A stretch of DNA of 58,499 bases, counting the filler, from Catajapyx aquilonaris (taxonomy: Eukaryota): assembly GCA_000934665.2 (NCBI GenBank). It is 3 parts of 3 records of this genome, joined end to end, with 100 filler letters (N's around TTAATTAATTAA, not from the genome) between each part and the next. Parts side by side here need not be neighbours in the genome. Positions count along the whole stretch, not along the records: positions 1 to 19,393 come from KZ539542.1; positions 19,494 to 38,881 come from JYFJ02006468.1; 1 more part is not named here. One strand, written 5' to 3'. Under the pieces are notes generated by a model that ran no database searches, was not told where the DNA came from, and saw nothing but the letters and a program-made list of their open reading frames with translations. Below, in pieces: positions 11,712 to 24,269 of the stretch; within the stretch, counting starts at the first letter, position 1; each line of letters begins with the position of its first letter. The translations under genes and the position numbers were made by a program.

Positions 11712-12467
11712 AATTATTATCAGTCAGGTGAACATTCAAATGTTCTTATGTATAGTTCTCCTCTGATTCATTATTCTCATGCTAGAAAAGCAGAAACTGA
11801 AAAGTGGCCGGGGTAAACATGCACATATTATAGTAAACGAGAAGGAAATAAACCTACCGTGCTGTTGTAAGGACTGTACAGTATTCGTAAATAGTATCTC
11901 TGGGCAGTATTGTACATGATTCAGGCAAATTTGGTATAAAAGCAAAAGGTTTCCCCGACAAGAACAAGTTTGAAAGATGAAGTGCTAGATACAATGTGTG
12001 AGTATTGCATGAACATAGTAGGCCTACTGTACTTACTGCACAAAAATCTTATTTCACCACGGTTTCAGTAAACAGTGCGTATCTCATTTGTATTCACATT
12101 TGTATCAGCGAAAATTGCCAACTCTTCCGAGTCAATTGGGTCACCTGTGCCAGAGTGCATCCGCCAAGTTCGAGCCATGCAGGAGAACCAAAAGCAACCC
12201 CCATGCAGTGAAGGGTAATATGTCTTACGAGCATACAGGACATTTCCTTTCGTACAAATGTGAACTGATAGCCGAAATACGTATAATCATGTAAATAACT
12301 TACCGTAATAGGAGGGTCACGATTACTCAACCTTGTCTTCTTGGACTTCGATTCCGCAAGTACCTACAATATATAAGACAAATTTGCTCAATAATTTTCA
12401 TCTACCATGGGTGGAAAAGAGTAATATTTAACTCCCATAATATCCCTATTTCCTATCATTCATAATT

Positions 12468-13440
12468 GAATCGGTGATTTTGAAAAGAGCAATATTCCAT
12501 TTTTTTTGTCAAAATGAACTGCTGATGCAGAAGTATCATATATGCTTGGGAATGCATCGAATGAGATTGTAAATGGGATCATTCCATACACCGGTCATGG
12601 TGAACTGATGCCACTGAGTTTGAAAAGGGCAAAAGGGTCAAGTCTCAAAAGTCTCCAATCAAAGTCTCAAAAGCTAGAAGACATATCCAAGGTGATGAAG
12701 CATGTAGATTCAAACTACATCCCCTTTTATGATGATATCATGACTTGGCAGACTGAGGATGAGAAAGAAAGTGCCTCTGAAAAAGAGGACTGATGACACT
12801 GTGATCATCTCATATTTTTGTATGAGTACGTTTCAAATCAAATTCTTATTCTTATTCTTATTCTTATATTATAATTATATTTTTATTGTACCCCGTGACG
12901 ACCCTTACGGGTTCTACAGGGGGGTGGTACACCACCATTTTTCCTCAATTTTCTAAGTTAACTTCAGTGCTTTACTCCGGTGCAGGGAATCAAGGACATT
13001 GGGTAAGGATTGGGATTTTTTGGGGAGGGAACATGGGTGCAAGGTTAAATGTCGTAGCTATGGGTCATGTGCTGTTCCCCAGGAGGTTAGGTTGCCAGAC
13101 ACCTCCTTGGTGCAGGTCAGAGACCCTCCTGACGCAGGCGAAAGGTAACTCCCAGGCGGAAATCAAATAATATGTACACAATACAACTCCTGTACATATG
13201 CATTGTACATTGATTTTGAAAAGGGCATTATTCCAACAATTTGAATTCCACATTGCAACAATGTGAAGCGATGGGTGGGTAACAGGTGAGTGTGGTGTAA
13301 TGCACTGTGACTTTCACAATAAAACTGCTATTTCACATTTTTGATAGAGAGCACCATTTAAATACGTAATATTCAGTTTTTCTTGTGTCCTGAAAAAAAA
13401 AGAGTTAGTGGAATCTTGCCCTTTTCAAAATCACTGATTC
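12468..13440 (+). mobile_element. Internally deleted Sola1-like DNA transposon with a transposase C-terminal remnant
   Basis: 32-bp TIR gaatc(g/a)gtgattttgaaaag(a/g)gcaa(t/g)attcca, perfect TSD AATT. Remnant KLEDISKVMKHVDSNYIPFYDDIM...* resembles transposase C-termini. Confidence 0.75.
12844..13159 (-). mobile_element. SINE family A, 5'-truncated copy
   Basis: Homologous to 21339-21685 and 26995-27342; (AATAAG)n tail; TSD aaatcaaat at 12835-12843 and 13160-13168. Confidence 0.85.
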
Positions 13441-13498
13441 AATTATGGTGAAGAAACAATGAACCTGCGATTATCTCGATCAGTAATAATGGATCCGA

Positions 13499-13937
<439 letters not shown>

Positions 13938-14142
13938 GATCTGAAATAGCCAAAAAAACTCATGGATACATTTGCAAGGAACATGAATCCAAGAAGCAAC
14001 TTGTGTGATAGGTCTCTGACAACAACGAGCCGTAATGCTCTCACTGGTACGCTACACCTTTGAGTGCTTCGATAAAGTATACAGTACGGTACTGTACATT
14101 ATACAAAGTAGTGGGAAAGGTATAAGCACTTCCCCCCAGCAT

Positions 14143-14414
14143 TAGGCTTCTTGCGAATTTCCAAGAGGAAATAATTACCCTAGGTGATTTTGGCGATTTT
14201 GTAGAGTATCAGTACATTACGGAGGGCTCATCCTGCACGCCAGGGAACCCACGTAGCAGCAGTGTAGGGTGGGTTGCCTGGGTTGCAAGATGAGCTCTAT
14301 CATGAGAGTATTAAAGTGGTTCACAACTTCACATGATAGTACTGTATTTCAGTAATGAAAGAAGTAGCCAAAATCAACTCGGGTAATTTCGTGTTGGGAA
14401 TTTGCATTAGGCCT
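14143..14414. mobile_element. Old palindromic MITE with an internal hairpin
   Basis: Diverged inverted arms ~14143-14215 and ~14340-14414; inner hairpin 14222-14298. Confidence 0.45.
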
Positions 14415-15369
14415 AAATAAGAGCGGAACTACGCACATTCATGAAGATGCATTGCACCGCTTTCCAGGCAACTTCAGATGGACTCGAAGGTCTAATCCAA
14501 TATGCACATGATAGTCAGCATCAAATGTTAATCCTACACTTGACCTTCTAGGATCTAGGGAATGTCTTAAATCATAATATTCATGCATGTATTCCTATGG
14601 AATTGACTTCCTTGGCTCTTTCTGAATAATTTGGTATATTTTTCTTCGAAAGGCCCCAGAGGCTATACAGTATTATTTTGGTCTCCTCCTCCGGGAGAGA
14701 ACAAAACTAACAAGTCCACGGTGCACTACAGGGTCCCCAAAAGTGGGACAACATATTATAAAGTAGAGTCCCACACTCATCTTGTCAGAAAAGAGGATAA
14801 GACATTATACACATACGTAGGTGTAAGGATAGTCTGTTTTGTCCTGCTCCACATCTTTTAGTGGAGGATTTTACAGGAAAACCTGCATAGGTAACAGAAT
14901 CCAGAGTCAGTAGGTGGTTGCTACTGTAGTAGAATAATTGCCATCGGAAACTGACACTATCAAACAAGGGGGTAACCAGCACTTCCCAAATAGGTTCCTG
15001 GAACTGGATGGTTCCAACCCAGTGGGTAAATGAGTTGATGGTTGAGGATACAACAGACTTGTAAAGAGCTGGACTTGGGCAGACTTGTGGGACTTGGTTC
15101 CTACTGTACAACTGACTTGATGAATGACTTACCCCTTGGTTCCCACCCGGTTCCATTTTGTTTCAAGGTGAACCTGTAGGCCTGGACCAGTTCTACAAAG
15201 TGGTTACTCCCTCACTGTTGAATGTAAAAACTTCGCCTGCATGTCAATGAAGAAAGAGTGAAGACTCCTGAAATAGAAGGTGGAATGGATTGCTGTGTGG
15301 GCGCTTCACTTTATTATGGATACAGTATCTGACAGTGAACAGCCAGGAGCTTTGAAGCTATCACTGGTC

Positions 15370-16467
15370 TGCAGGCACACAATGCCACTTTTTGGTGCCC
15401 TTTCATGAACCTTACTTATAGAAGGATTGATTCCAGCCACAAAACAGACAAAATTATGTACTAGAAAAAATAGCAGGCCTACAGTACATGTGAGCAATAA
15501 ATATGTTGTGCTCTGATTTGGTTCGACATGGTGCAATATTTATTAATTACCATGACAGATTTCTCAAAACTAACAGGAAAATGCACCTGTTACATATGTA
15601 AATATTGCCAGAGCCAAACTGTTGCAAATGATGTCTCTTGCACTCAAATTCCCCTGAGCTAGTCTTCATGAGATGCAACCCTCTCCAGGGATGAACCTCA
15701 AGCACAGCAATAACTTAATGTTACTGTATACTTTAATATTCCCAATATTTGATAGGTTTACATAAAATACCGCACTCTCAAAGCAAGTCTCACCTAAATG
15801 TATGCATAGAATGTCGATTACTGACCTCTGTTGTAAAGATGACCTTCCCCTGCATTTGCCTGCCAAGATAAAATCCTAACTCCACTCTGATATAATAACA
15901 ATATACCTACTGTAAATACACCATCTCTATGGAATGTGTTATTTTTGATGACAGGTTTTTGTTTTTTTATTGTACTTTACTTAATGATCTCGTGTGGGAA
16001 ACCCACTTGCAATAATGAGGCTTGAAACTATCCTTTAAGAGAGACTATTTATCTCCATAGGGCAAATGGTAAAACCATCCTGCAACAGCAACAAGTTACA
16101 TACATAACAATATAGTGAATTTGTTGCTATTGTATAAGTTATACAGTGTGTTCAAACTGAATTGTCTGTAGCTGTTAGACATAGTAAGCTCGCACCTGAT
16201 ATTGCCTTTTGGTGTTCTTTCACGCACCTTACCTATATTGATTGATTCCAGCCATAAAACAGACAAAATAATTATATTATGCACTAGATGCAACAATAGG
16301 CCTGCAGTACACAAGAGCAATAAAATAATATGATTGGCTCTGAATTGGTTCGACATGGTGCAATATTAATTAATTACTATGACCCACTTCTGAAAACTAA
16401 CAGGACATGCACCTGTTATATTAATATTGCCAGAGCACAACTGTTACAAAATATGTTTCTTGCATTC
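15370..16467. repeat. Diverged direct duplication (~280 bp; ~15370-15645 and ~16190-16467)
   Basis: Collinear shared blocks such as gattgattccagcca, ttggttcgacatggtgcaatatt, aaaactaacagga and aatattgccagagc. Confidence 0.9.
16233..16356 (-). CDS. Candidate first exon encoding a signal-peptide/TM-like segment; frameshifted duplicate at 15416-15529
   Basis: gcaccATG start, MSNQFRANHIILLLLCTAGLLLHLVHNIIILSVLWLESINI, donor GTAAGG. Lies in a ~280-bp diverged direct duplication. Confidence 0.3.
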
Positions 16468-16606
16468 TTTTCCCTAGTGATAGTCTAGATGGAAGGTGAC
16501 CACTTCCGGGGGCGAACATTTACGTCTGCTTCCTATTGAACATAAGAAGACATCTGGGGAAGAATGATCAAGGTCCTCCTCAGGTGAAACTGAGATATTA
16601 ATAATA

Positions 16607-17630
16607 CAGGGTGGACGGAAAGTTTCGGACCCCCCCCCCAAGTTTTTTAACCCTACTTTTAACAGCGTCTTTTCACATCTTTTAAAAGTCCACAAGCAGT
16701 TCTAATGTACACTATCTTTTGAAGCATAATCTTGAGAACATCTGAGCACCTTCGCTCTTGCAATTCCATTAATAACTTCACCTCTGTGACTCATCTAAAC
16801 ATCCTATCTGTTTTGTGTTTATTTTGCTTGTTGCCTTGGAGGACACCTGGTCATATTCTGCGTCAGATAAGGTTTTTATGACCCTTTTCCATGAGTTCCC
16901 CTTCATGCAAATGTTGTGAACTCACTCCTGACCTTATTTTTCGCATTGGTCCATAACCTGGTCCAATAAAAATTTGAAAAGGAATGCATGAAATGGCAGA
17001 CCCGGATGCATTACTTTCGAATTCTCACATTGGTACCATCACATTTGTCTCCATTTTTACTTTAAAATAATTTTTTGGCGCGAAAGGACGTGAACAAAAG
17101 GATGTGTCATGCCGATTAATTTACCAAGGTAGGACTGTTTACTGTCCTTTCGCACCAAAAAATTGTTTGAAAGTAAAAATGGAGACAAATGTGATGGTAC
17201 CAATGTGAGAATTCGAAAGTAATGCATCCGGGTCCGCCATTTCATGCATTCCTTTTCAAATTTTTATTGGACCAGGTTATGGACCAATGCGAAAAGTAAG
17301 GTCAGGAGTGAGATCACAACATTTGCATGAAGGGGAACTCATGGAAAAGGGTCATAAAAACCTTATCTGACGCAGAATATGACCAGGTGTCCTCCAAGGC
17401 AACAAGCAAAATAAATGCAAAACAGATAGGATGTTTAGATGAGTCACAGAGGCGAAGTTATTAATGGAATTGCGAGAGCGAAGGTGCTCAGATGTTCTCA
17501 AGATTATGCTTCAAAAGATAGTGTACATTAGAACTGCTTGTGGACTTTTAAAAGATGTGAAAAGACGCTGTGAAAAGTAGGGTTAAAAAACCTGGGGGGG
17601 GGGGGGGTTCCGAAACTTTCCGTCCACCCT

Positions 17631-17631
<1 letters not shown>
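16607..17631. mobile_element. ~1-kb near-perfect palindromic Tc1/mariner-type MITE
   Basis: TA TSD, CAGGGTGGACGGAAAG termini, ~490-bp arms highly similar in reverse complement, ~40-bp spacer near 17097-17135. Confidence 0.93.
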
Positions 17632-17675
<44 letters not shown>

Positions 17676-18036
17676 ATAATCATAATCATAATCATAATCA
17701 TAATCTGGGTAGTGCTAGACCTCAATAGAGATGTGGAGCACGGACCTTTATTATACTTGTACAATGCAGTACAATGCTGGAACCTTGAGTGAATCACCCT
17801 GGACTAAGGGCAGGATGACAGGAGAGGATGTGCAAGGTGCAGTGCAATGTCTTTGCTGTGGTCATTTTGTGAACTCGCCCGGGTGGCTTGTCTTAACAGA
17901 GATACCACCCGAGACGAAGCCAGAGATGGACAAGAACTCTGCACGAGATGAAGGGGGACATCCCGGGCTGGGATCGAATCCAGGACCTTAACATCTGCGG
18001 GCTCATACGTTACCGCAGTGCCACTCCGCCCCGCTT
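17632..18036 (-). mobile_element. SINE family B copy; its tail (from 16600) is interrupted by the palindromic MITE
   Basis: tRNA-like head with B-box-like GATTCGATCCC; perfect 16-bp TSD gtgaaactgagatatt at 16584-16599 and 18037-18052. Confidence 0.88.
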
Positions 18037-19393
18037 GTGAAACTGAGATATTGCAATTTCAAATTTTGAAGGCCCATAAGGTGCCATTGTAAATTCCACT
18101 TCCGGGGCCTTCCATAGTGACCTATGATCATTACTCCACAACCATGACCAAACCATCATATTCTACGCTAGTGAAACTATCTTCTGAGATATGTAACTCA
18201 TTTTTGACAAAAAGTGGATCTTGATCATTCTTCCCCCGAGGTCTTCATATAATATACACTGTATTCACGATTATCCAGGTGCAGGTTTCTCTGGAGACCA
18301 GGGAAACCAACCGGAATATGTGGGAAAGCGTTATAAGCAGGAAATTCACCATTGGCCCTTATGGGGCTGATTAAGGGACCAGAAAAAAAGGGTGCTAAAA
18401 GTGGGATAGTGTTATATCGAGGTTTTACTGAACGGTATTTCAGACTTGTTTTGGGCCAATTAGTATTCGGGCAGAATAAGGATGTCCCACTAGTAAGAAA
18501 CACCAAGTGAACTCTTGAAGATTGCTTTAAAATTCCTGTCATATTTATAATAGACCAATTACACTTGACTTTTGTTTTGTCATTGTTGTTGTTCGATTCA
18601 AGGGTAATGGCCTACTATGTGGAGCCACTTCACCACCAATGACAGGTCAGTCCAAAACTATAACAAGGATGTCTCCGAGAACAATCATATGTGGGCACCA
18701 ACCAGGAAAATACTGAGACCAACTGCAGGAGCAGCCCTCGGCTGTGAGTGTGACAGCCATAGAAAGAGGCTCCCAGATACTAGAGGCCCTGGAGAAGCAA
18801 GTCCCATTTATGTGCTACCACCATGAAGGAGAATAAGGGATGGTCCACATATAACAAGTTCCTGCAACACAGGCATGACAGGCAAGGAAGTGCGTGACAG
18901 CACTGTACTGTCCGCAGGTGAGAAGGAATGAGATGTGGCCATCTCCCGGCTAACACCTGGCTGCGAGTCAAACTTGATTTTAGAGCATCACAAAGAGTAA
19001 CATCATGCACCATCAAACTAACATCAATGTGTATTGTCAGACTGCAACTTTTCAGGTGTCAAAGTTATGGGTTATTAAAGTGGTAATAGGTCCATTTACT
19101 TATCAACCAGTGAAGTGCAATGTAATGCAATGCAATGATGTCAGAGTGTACTGTAAATAGTGTAAGCCTTGAATGCTCGATTCTGACAAGTGAGTGTGCA
19201 ACCAGTTTTGCAGTGGTGTAACACCAGAGCTGACACCAAAATAAATGAAGCTAGACCATGAATCCTGCTACCCCTGGCACTGAAATAAACAAACTCAGTG
19301 CATACACCCAGGGGCGGATTAGCCTTCTTTGCCGCCCTAGGCCAGTCCTGAAATTGCCGCCCCCGGAAACATCAGGGCAGGCGGGGGGGGGGG

Positions 19394-19493
19394 NNNNNNN
19401 NNNNNNNNNNNNNNNNNNNNNNNNNNNNNNNNNNNNNTTAATTAATTAANNNNNNNNNNNNNNNNNNNNNNNNNNNNNNNNNNNNNNNNNNNN
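19394..19493. other. Artificial contig linker N44-TTAATTAATTAA-N44
   Basis: Exactly 100 nt; the 12-mer has stops in all six frames; identical structure at 38882-38981. Confidence 0.95.
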
Positions 19494-19872
19494 TGTGACT
19501 GATGCAGCTCGCTCTGGCCTGCCACAAACTGCGACTACACCTTTTGAACTTCCTGTGCCATTCATACACCTGCTGAAGGGATAGACAGGAGCTCCCATAC
19601 TGCCTCTGCATCCTGTGATGGATGTCTGCTGGTTTCACACCTTCACTACTCAAAAATCTGATAACCCCCCGCTGCTCCTCTTATTGGTGCAGGAGTCCAA
19701 GGGGGCGGCCATCTTGATTGTGCTTCTCTGACGTCACACTTTCAATCAGACCGACGCGCCTGCGCACACTGGCAGCTGACCTGTGAAAGCATGCTACTTT
19801 AGCAGGAAAATGGTCTACTACGCGTGGTTGGTTTTATACTGCCATTTTAAGGTTACTTTTTGACTTGCCCTA
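19494..19872 (-). mobile_element. Mariner element 5' fragment (transposase N-terminal HTH, degenerate)
   Basis: TIR-like agggcaagtcaaaaagtaacc, then EQRGVIRFLSSEGVKPADIHHRMQRQYGSSCLSLQQVYEWHRKFK, typical of the Mos1-type HTH. Truncated by the contig end. Confidence 0.88.
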
Positions 19873-19925
19873 TTTTTAAACGACTGATTTATTGGAATCT
19901 TAAGGCAATAGCCGCATGATAGTGT

Positions 19926-20083
19926 GGCACGGTGGCGTATAGTGGTTAGTGCCACAGCCTTCCACCTCTAAGATCCCGAGTTCGATCCCCGGATCGGACA
20001 GAGGATGCTTATGTGGATAGAGTTACGATGGGTTCTCTCCTTATTCGCGTGGGTTTTCTAGTGGTTCTCCAGTTTCCTCCCAC
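19926..20083 (+). mobile_element. tRNA-derived SINE family C (V-domain-like core), 3'-interrupted
   Basis: A box TGGCGTATAGTGG, B box AGTTCGATCCC, core gcgtgggttttctagtggttctccagtttcctcccac; homologous to 38348-38591. Confidence 0.8.
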
Positions 20084-20495
20084 TGTAGCCAGGAATGGTG
20101 GACATCGTGACAGTGGAATTGGACACCATGATCTTTGTGGACCAATCCTGGAAGCGGCATTTTGTCACACACATCGTATATTTCATGTAGCCTGCCTACA
20201 TGTTGAGATAAAAGAAATATTTCAATTATTGGAAGTAGCTTTTTCGGGCCCAAGAGCAAAGTGCAATGCAGAACCTCATAATCGGAACCCGCGGAAACGG
20301 ACACCAATTACTTCCAAACATAATTAAAATATTAATTATTTATAACTTAGTCATCAGGGTAAGCAGGAGTATGTTACCTTAGTGTGCATTGAAAAATAAA
20401 ATTAATTCGATCATAATTAACCGAGTTACAGCTGTTTTACACTGCTCTGGGGGCAGGAGTAGCAAGGCCAATGTTCACCATTCCTGGCGACGACA
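20081..20495. mobile_element. Non-autonomous CAC-terminated TIR element (Transib/Chapaev-like)
   Basis: Starts cactgtagccaggaatggtggacat and ends atgttcaccattcctggc; second inverted copy at 23275-23610. Confidence 0.55.
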
Positions 20496-20699
20496 TTCAA
20501 AACTCATCACAAGACAGGCAAATGAATAAAGTCGGTGAATGAAAAGAAGATCCCCTTAGGGCCGGTTTCACTTAGCTTGGTATAAATATGATTACATTAT
20601 TGTATGTACGTGTATTTTCCGAAAGAAACCTGGTTTTATGGCGTCACAACATGTAGGCCTACTGAAAATTGTCACCATTTGTGTTCAGGCAGGGCTGAA

Positions 20700-21232
20700 C
20701 CTGACGCTACATGCTTTGGATGGTCTTGTTCAGCGCATGACCTCAGGCACTGCCTGAATTTCTTAGACGATGTTTTCTTTCAAGGCATTGATGAATCGTG
20801 GGTTTGTTTCGGTATACAATCGGGCTTTCAGATAGCCTCATAAAAAATAATGAGGCGGCGAAAGACGGGCCACTGCAGTGTCCAAAATCTCTTCGAAATG
20901 AATCAGTCATTATAAAAAGGACTTATTTTTGGCCATGATACATGTGATGTGTGGAATGTTTACAGTATACCAAAACAAACGACGATCCATTGATGCCTTG
21001 AAAGAAAACATCATCCGAGAAATTCAGGAAGTGCTGGCCAGGACCTTCCAAAATATGGAGAGTAGTGTTCAGGCCTGCCTGTACACAAATAGTGGCCATT
21101 TCCAGCATGTTGTGATGCCATTCCTTTCTCACACAATGAGGTTAGTTCAGTTCAAATATCCTCGCGATATCTTTATTCGTGTTAAGTTATTTTAAAAAAA
21201 TAATGCCTGGTAGATTAAGTAGTGACCCTGTA
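20700..21232. mobile_element. Degenerate foldback Tc1/mariner derivative carrying transposase 3' ends
   Basis: Inverted arms ~20750-20820 and ~20965-21030. Plus strand encodes VYQNKRRSIDALKENIIREIQEV..QACLYTNSGHFQHVV; ends gtgaccctgta. Confidence 0.7.
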
Positions 21233-21338
21233 TGTAACCAGTTCAATATTGATATAGTGTCACAATGTAAGAGTAGACCAGTGTTACATCTGTCACGTCA
21301 CGTCAGTTTTCATGTGTGTAAGTTATTCATGATTGATT

Positions 21339-21685
21339 GGGGAGGTGTGGTGGCCGAGATGGTAACGTCACGGCTTGCTGAGTGAAAGGTCCCAGGTTCG
21401 ATCCCCGCCTGGGAGCTCCCTTTCACCTGCGTCGGGAGGGTCTCTGACCTGCACCAAGGAGGTGTCTGGCAACCTAACCTCCTGGGGGACTGCACATGGC
21501 CCAGCACTGGACATTGCACTTGCACAAGTGTCCCTTCCCCAAAAATCCCTATCCCTACTCTACATCCCGAATATATTATTCTTGCACGGTGATTGAAGAA
21601 AAGTAGAAAAAATGACTATATGGTGGTAATCCACTCCCCTATAAACCCTAATCTGGTTATCACTGGGTAATATAAAAAGAAAAAA
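21339..21685 (+). mobile_element. tRNA-derived SINE family A, full length
   Basis: A box TGGCCGAGATGG, B box GGTTCGATCCC, A-rich tail, 16-bp TSD aagttattcatgattg at 21320-21335 and 21686-21701. Confidence 0.92.
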
Positions 21686-21933
21686 AAGTTATTCATGATT
21701 GTAGAATATGACTGCACATAAGCGTGTATGTTTTTACTGCCATCCAGTTACATTAATTTAGTCTTAAAACGTCTTGCAACTGCAATTTGGCCCTGGTCTG
21801 TGGACAGGGGTGAGGTGTAGTGACTGTAAGATGTCGCTAGGAGGGAAGTAAATTGTTTGACCACAAAATATGTTCCATAATCATGTATTCACTTGAATTG
21901 TACAAACATCCCAAAACGAGAGGGAAAATGGTG

Positions 21934-22490
21934 TATGGCTGCGACTGCTAGGAGGCTTCCGCACACAAGGCTGCTCGTGGGCTTCTGTCCGCTCTGTTAT
22001 GGCTGCGACTGCTAGGAGGCTTCCGCACACAAGGCTGCTTGTAGGCTTCCGTCCACTCTGCTATGGCTGCGACTGCTAGGAGGCTTCTGCACACAAGGCT
22101 GCTCGTAGGCTTCCGTCCAGCTCTGCTATGGCTGCGACTGCTAGGAGGCTTCCGCTCACAAGGCTGCTCGTAGACTTCTGGTATGGTTGCGACTGCTAGG
22201 AGGCTTCTGCACACACGGCTGCTCGTAGGCTTCCGTCCAACTCTGCTATGGCTGCGACTGCTAGGAGGCTTCTGCACACACGGCTGCTCGTAGGCTTCCG
22301 TCCAGCTCTGCTGTGGCTGCGACTGCGAGGAGGCCTCCACTCGTAAGGCTGCTCGTAGGCTGCTGTCCGCAACTCCGGTATGGCTGCGACTGCTTGTAGG
22401 CTGCTGTCCGTAACTCTGGTATGGCTGCGACTGCTAGGAGGCTTCCGCACCCAAGGCTGCTCGTAGACTTCTGTCCAGCTCTGCTATGGC
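21934..22490. repeat. GC-rich ~65-bp minisatellite, ~9 units with deletion variants
   Basis: Unit tatggctgcgactgctaggaggcttccgcacacaaggctgctcgtaggcttccgtccagctctgc; starts at 21934, 21998, 22062, 22127, 22182, 22247, 22312 and on. Confidence 0.95.
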
Positions 22491-22644
22491 TGGAGTGGCG
22501 TGGTGGCAACCACCCAGCTTGGAGCCCAAACTCTCTCTGCCCCCTGCCCACCCGTCGACACCTCCTAATATAGGGTGGCGCAACGCCTGATGGGGAAGAA
22601 GGGAAGGGGGGCGTATGTATGGTGGCGTCTTCCCAGGATACATA

Positions 22645-22999
22645 GTGAGGCCCCAAACTAGGTCCTCACAGTGACGTTGCTAGGGTCATTTTCTGAACTC
22701 CCCCGGGTGATCAGACTTGCCTATCCTTGCGAGGAATTTTTTCGATATTTCCCTATCCTTGTGAGGACCTCTTGCCTTACGAGGACTTTTCAGGACCTCA
22801 TATGGTACACAGTCCTCACAAGGATAGGGAAATATCGAAAAAATACCTCATATTTACTGTCAAAATATATGTCACCAAAATTTCGTGTGTTTTTTGTAGG
22901 ATAGGTTAGGTTAGGTTAGGTTAGTTTTAAATTTTTATATTTCGAAAATCCTCACAAGGATAGTACATTATAATATGTGTGTGTGTGTGTGTGTGTGTG
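22645..22999. mobile_element. Non-autonomous element with iterated GTGAGGAC/CCTCAC motifs, a short TTAGG run and a (TG)n flank
   Basis: Perfect inverted repeat tttttcgatatttccctatccttgtgaggac (22738-22768 vs 22812-22842); TTAGG run ~22905-22924; (TG)n 22976-22998. Confidence 0.55.
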
Positions 23000-23274
23000 A
23001 AGGGTTGCTTCAAGACCAGGATAAAGTGGCCGGTACTAATTGAACTCGATAGTACATGGGGCCTCATGAGGAGGTGGCAAACTCCTTCCGGCGACATCCA
23101 CTCTCACACTGGGACAGATCTCCTGCTGCTGTGACAGGTTGTGGCCATGTTTTGGGGGCATAGAGCGAGCTCCTCTCTTGAGCTCCTCTCTCCCTCCAGT
23201 TTGTCACCGGAACGAATAAAAATATTAGTTATAGCCACTAATAGGAATGGTTATGCGTCACATTACACATCTTT

Positions 23275-23610
23275 CCGCGTGGCCAGGAATGGTGGACATC
23301 GACCTGCGCCCATTAAGCTAGGGCTTGCAGTGTAAAACAGCTGTAACTCGGTTAATTTTGATCGCATTAATTTTATTTTCATTCCGCAATAAGAAAATAT
23401 ACCCCTGCCTACACTGATGACTCAAAAAATTAATATTGCAATATTATGTTCTGAGATAATTGGCTGCAGTTCCCTCATGAAGTTTTACATTGCATTTTTC
23501 TCTTGGACCCAAAAGAGCAACTTCCATTCGAAATATTTCATTGAGCTCAAAAGTGCATGAAATACGAGTAATTATAGGATGTGTGTAACAAAATGCCGCT
23601 TCCTCATAAA
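23275..23610 (-). mobile_element. Second, inverted copy of the Transib/Chapaev-like element
   Basis: Reverse-complement homology to 20150-20490 (e.g. gcagtgtaaaacagctgtaactcggttaatt). Confidence 0.6.
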
Positions 23611-24269
23611 AATTTTCCAAAAAAAGCAAATAATTTAGGCCGGAACTTGAGAATTTAATTTACCTGATAATGTTTAATAACCAATTCTGTATCAAGTTCT
23701 CTTAAGAAGAAATTTCTTTTCATCCATTTGAGGTGCGGTAGCTCTTAAGTAAGACCGTACAACAATATATTTTCAACCATGAATTATTATTCCAACTTGT
23801 TCTTCTAGTAATTACGTTATTTATTCGCCCTAACGCAAGTTGTGCTATAGGTAGAGCTTCCAAATTTTGAACTCTGATTCCCACCGTTGTGAAGTGCATT
23901 CCTACCATTTACAGCTAAACTGAATTCCTCTTCAAAACGCCGCAACAAATTTATTAAAAAACACTACAAAATCTTTTTTCTTTTGTTTCCCAATGATTAT
24001 TCGGAATTTAGTTTTTTTCTTCAATGGGCCGAAGGTGTAGGAGGATGGTGCGGATCGATGTTCAAAATCTCACAGTTCCACCTGCTACAGGATTGGAGTT
24101 ATGATTTTACCCCCTATTTTTTCCGTCCTTACTTCATTTGTTCATGTTACCTACCATCACCAGGCAACGACAATTCCTTTTACCAACTCGCCATACTATT
24201 ATTATATAATTGTTGTTGGCCAATGTTACGCCGCTGCTCTGGGGTGAACGCATTGTACTGTACTTATTA

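Larger units (their letters stand above)
16546..18246. mobile_element. Small TIR element (Sola-like) hosting a SINE and a foldback element
   Basis: 27-bp TIR gaagac(a/c)tc(t/g)ggggaagaatgatcaag; flanks ataa/atat. Confidence 0.65.

Noticed and set aside
21339..21415. tRNA genes here and at 26995, 19926, 38348, 40450-40524
   Set aside because: The tRNA-like heads run into shared bodies with simple-repeat tails, several with TSDs, so they are SINEs.
21934..22490. CRISPR array or repeat-protein gene (ORFs 21948..22340, 22261..22656)
   Set aside because: The between-repeat sequence is itself repeated, and unit lengths (64, 65, 55) are not multiples of 3, so the ORFs are incidental.
21932..22642. 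Confident solo LTR call
   Set aside because: TG...CA ends are present but there is no TSD, PBS or PPT; kept only as a hypothesis.
22900..22925. Telomere or chromosome end
   Set aside because: Only about four TTAGG-like units, embedded in an interspersed element.
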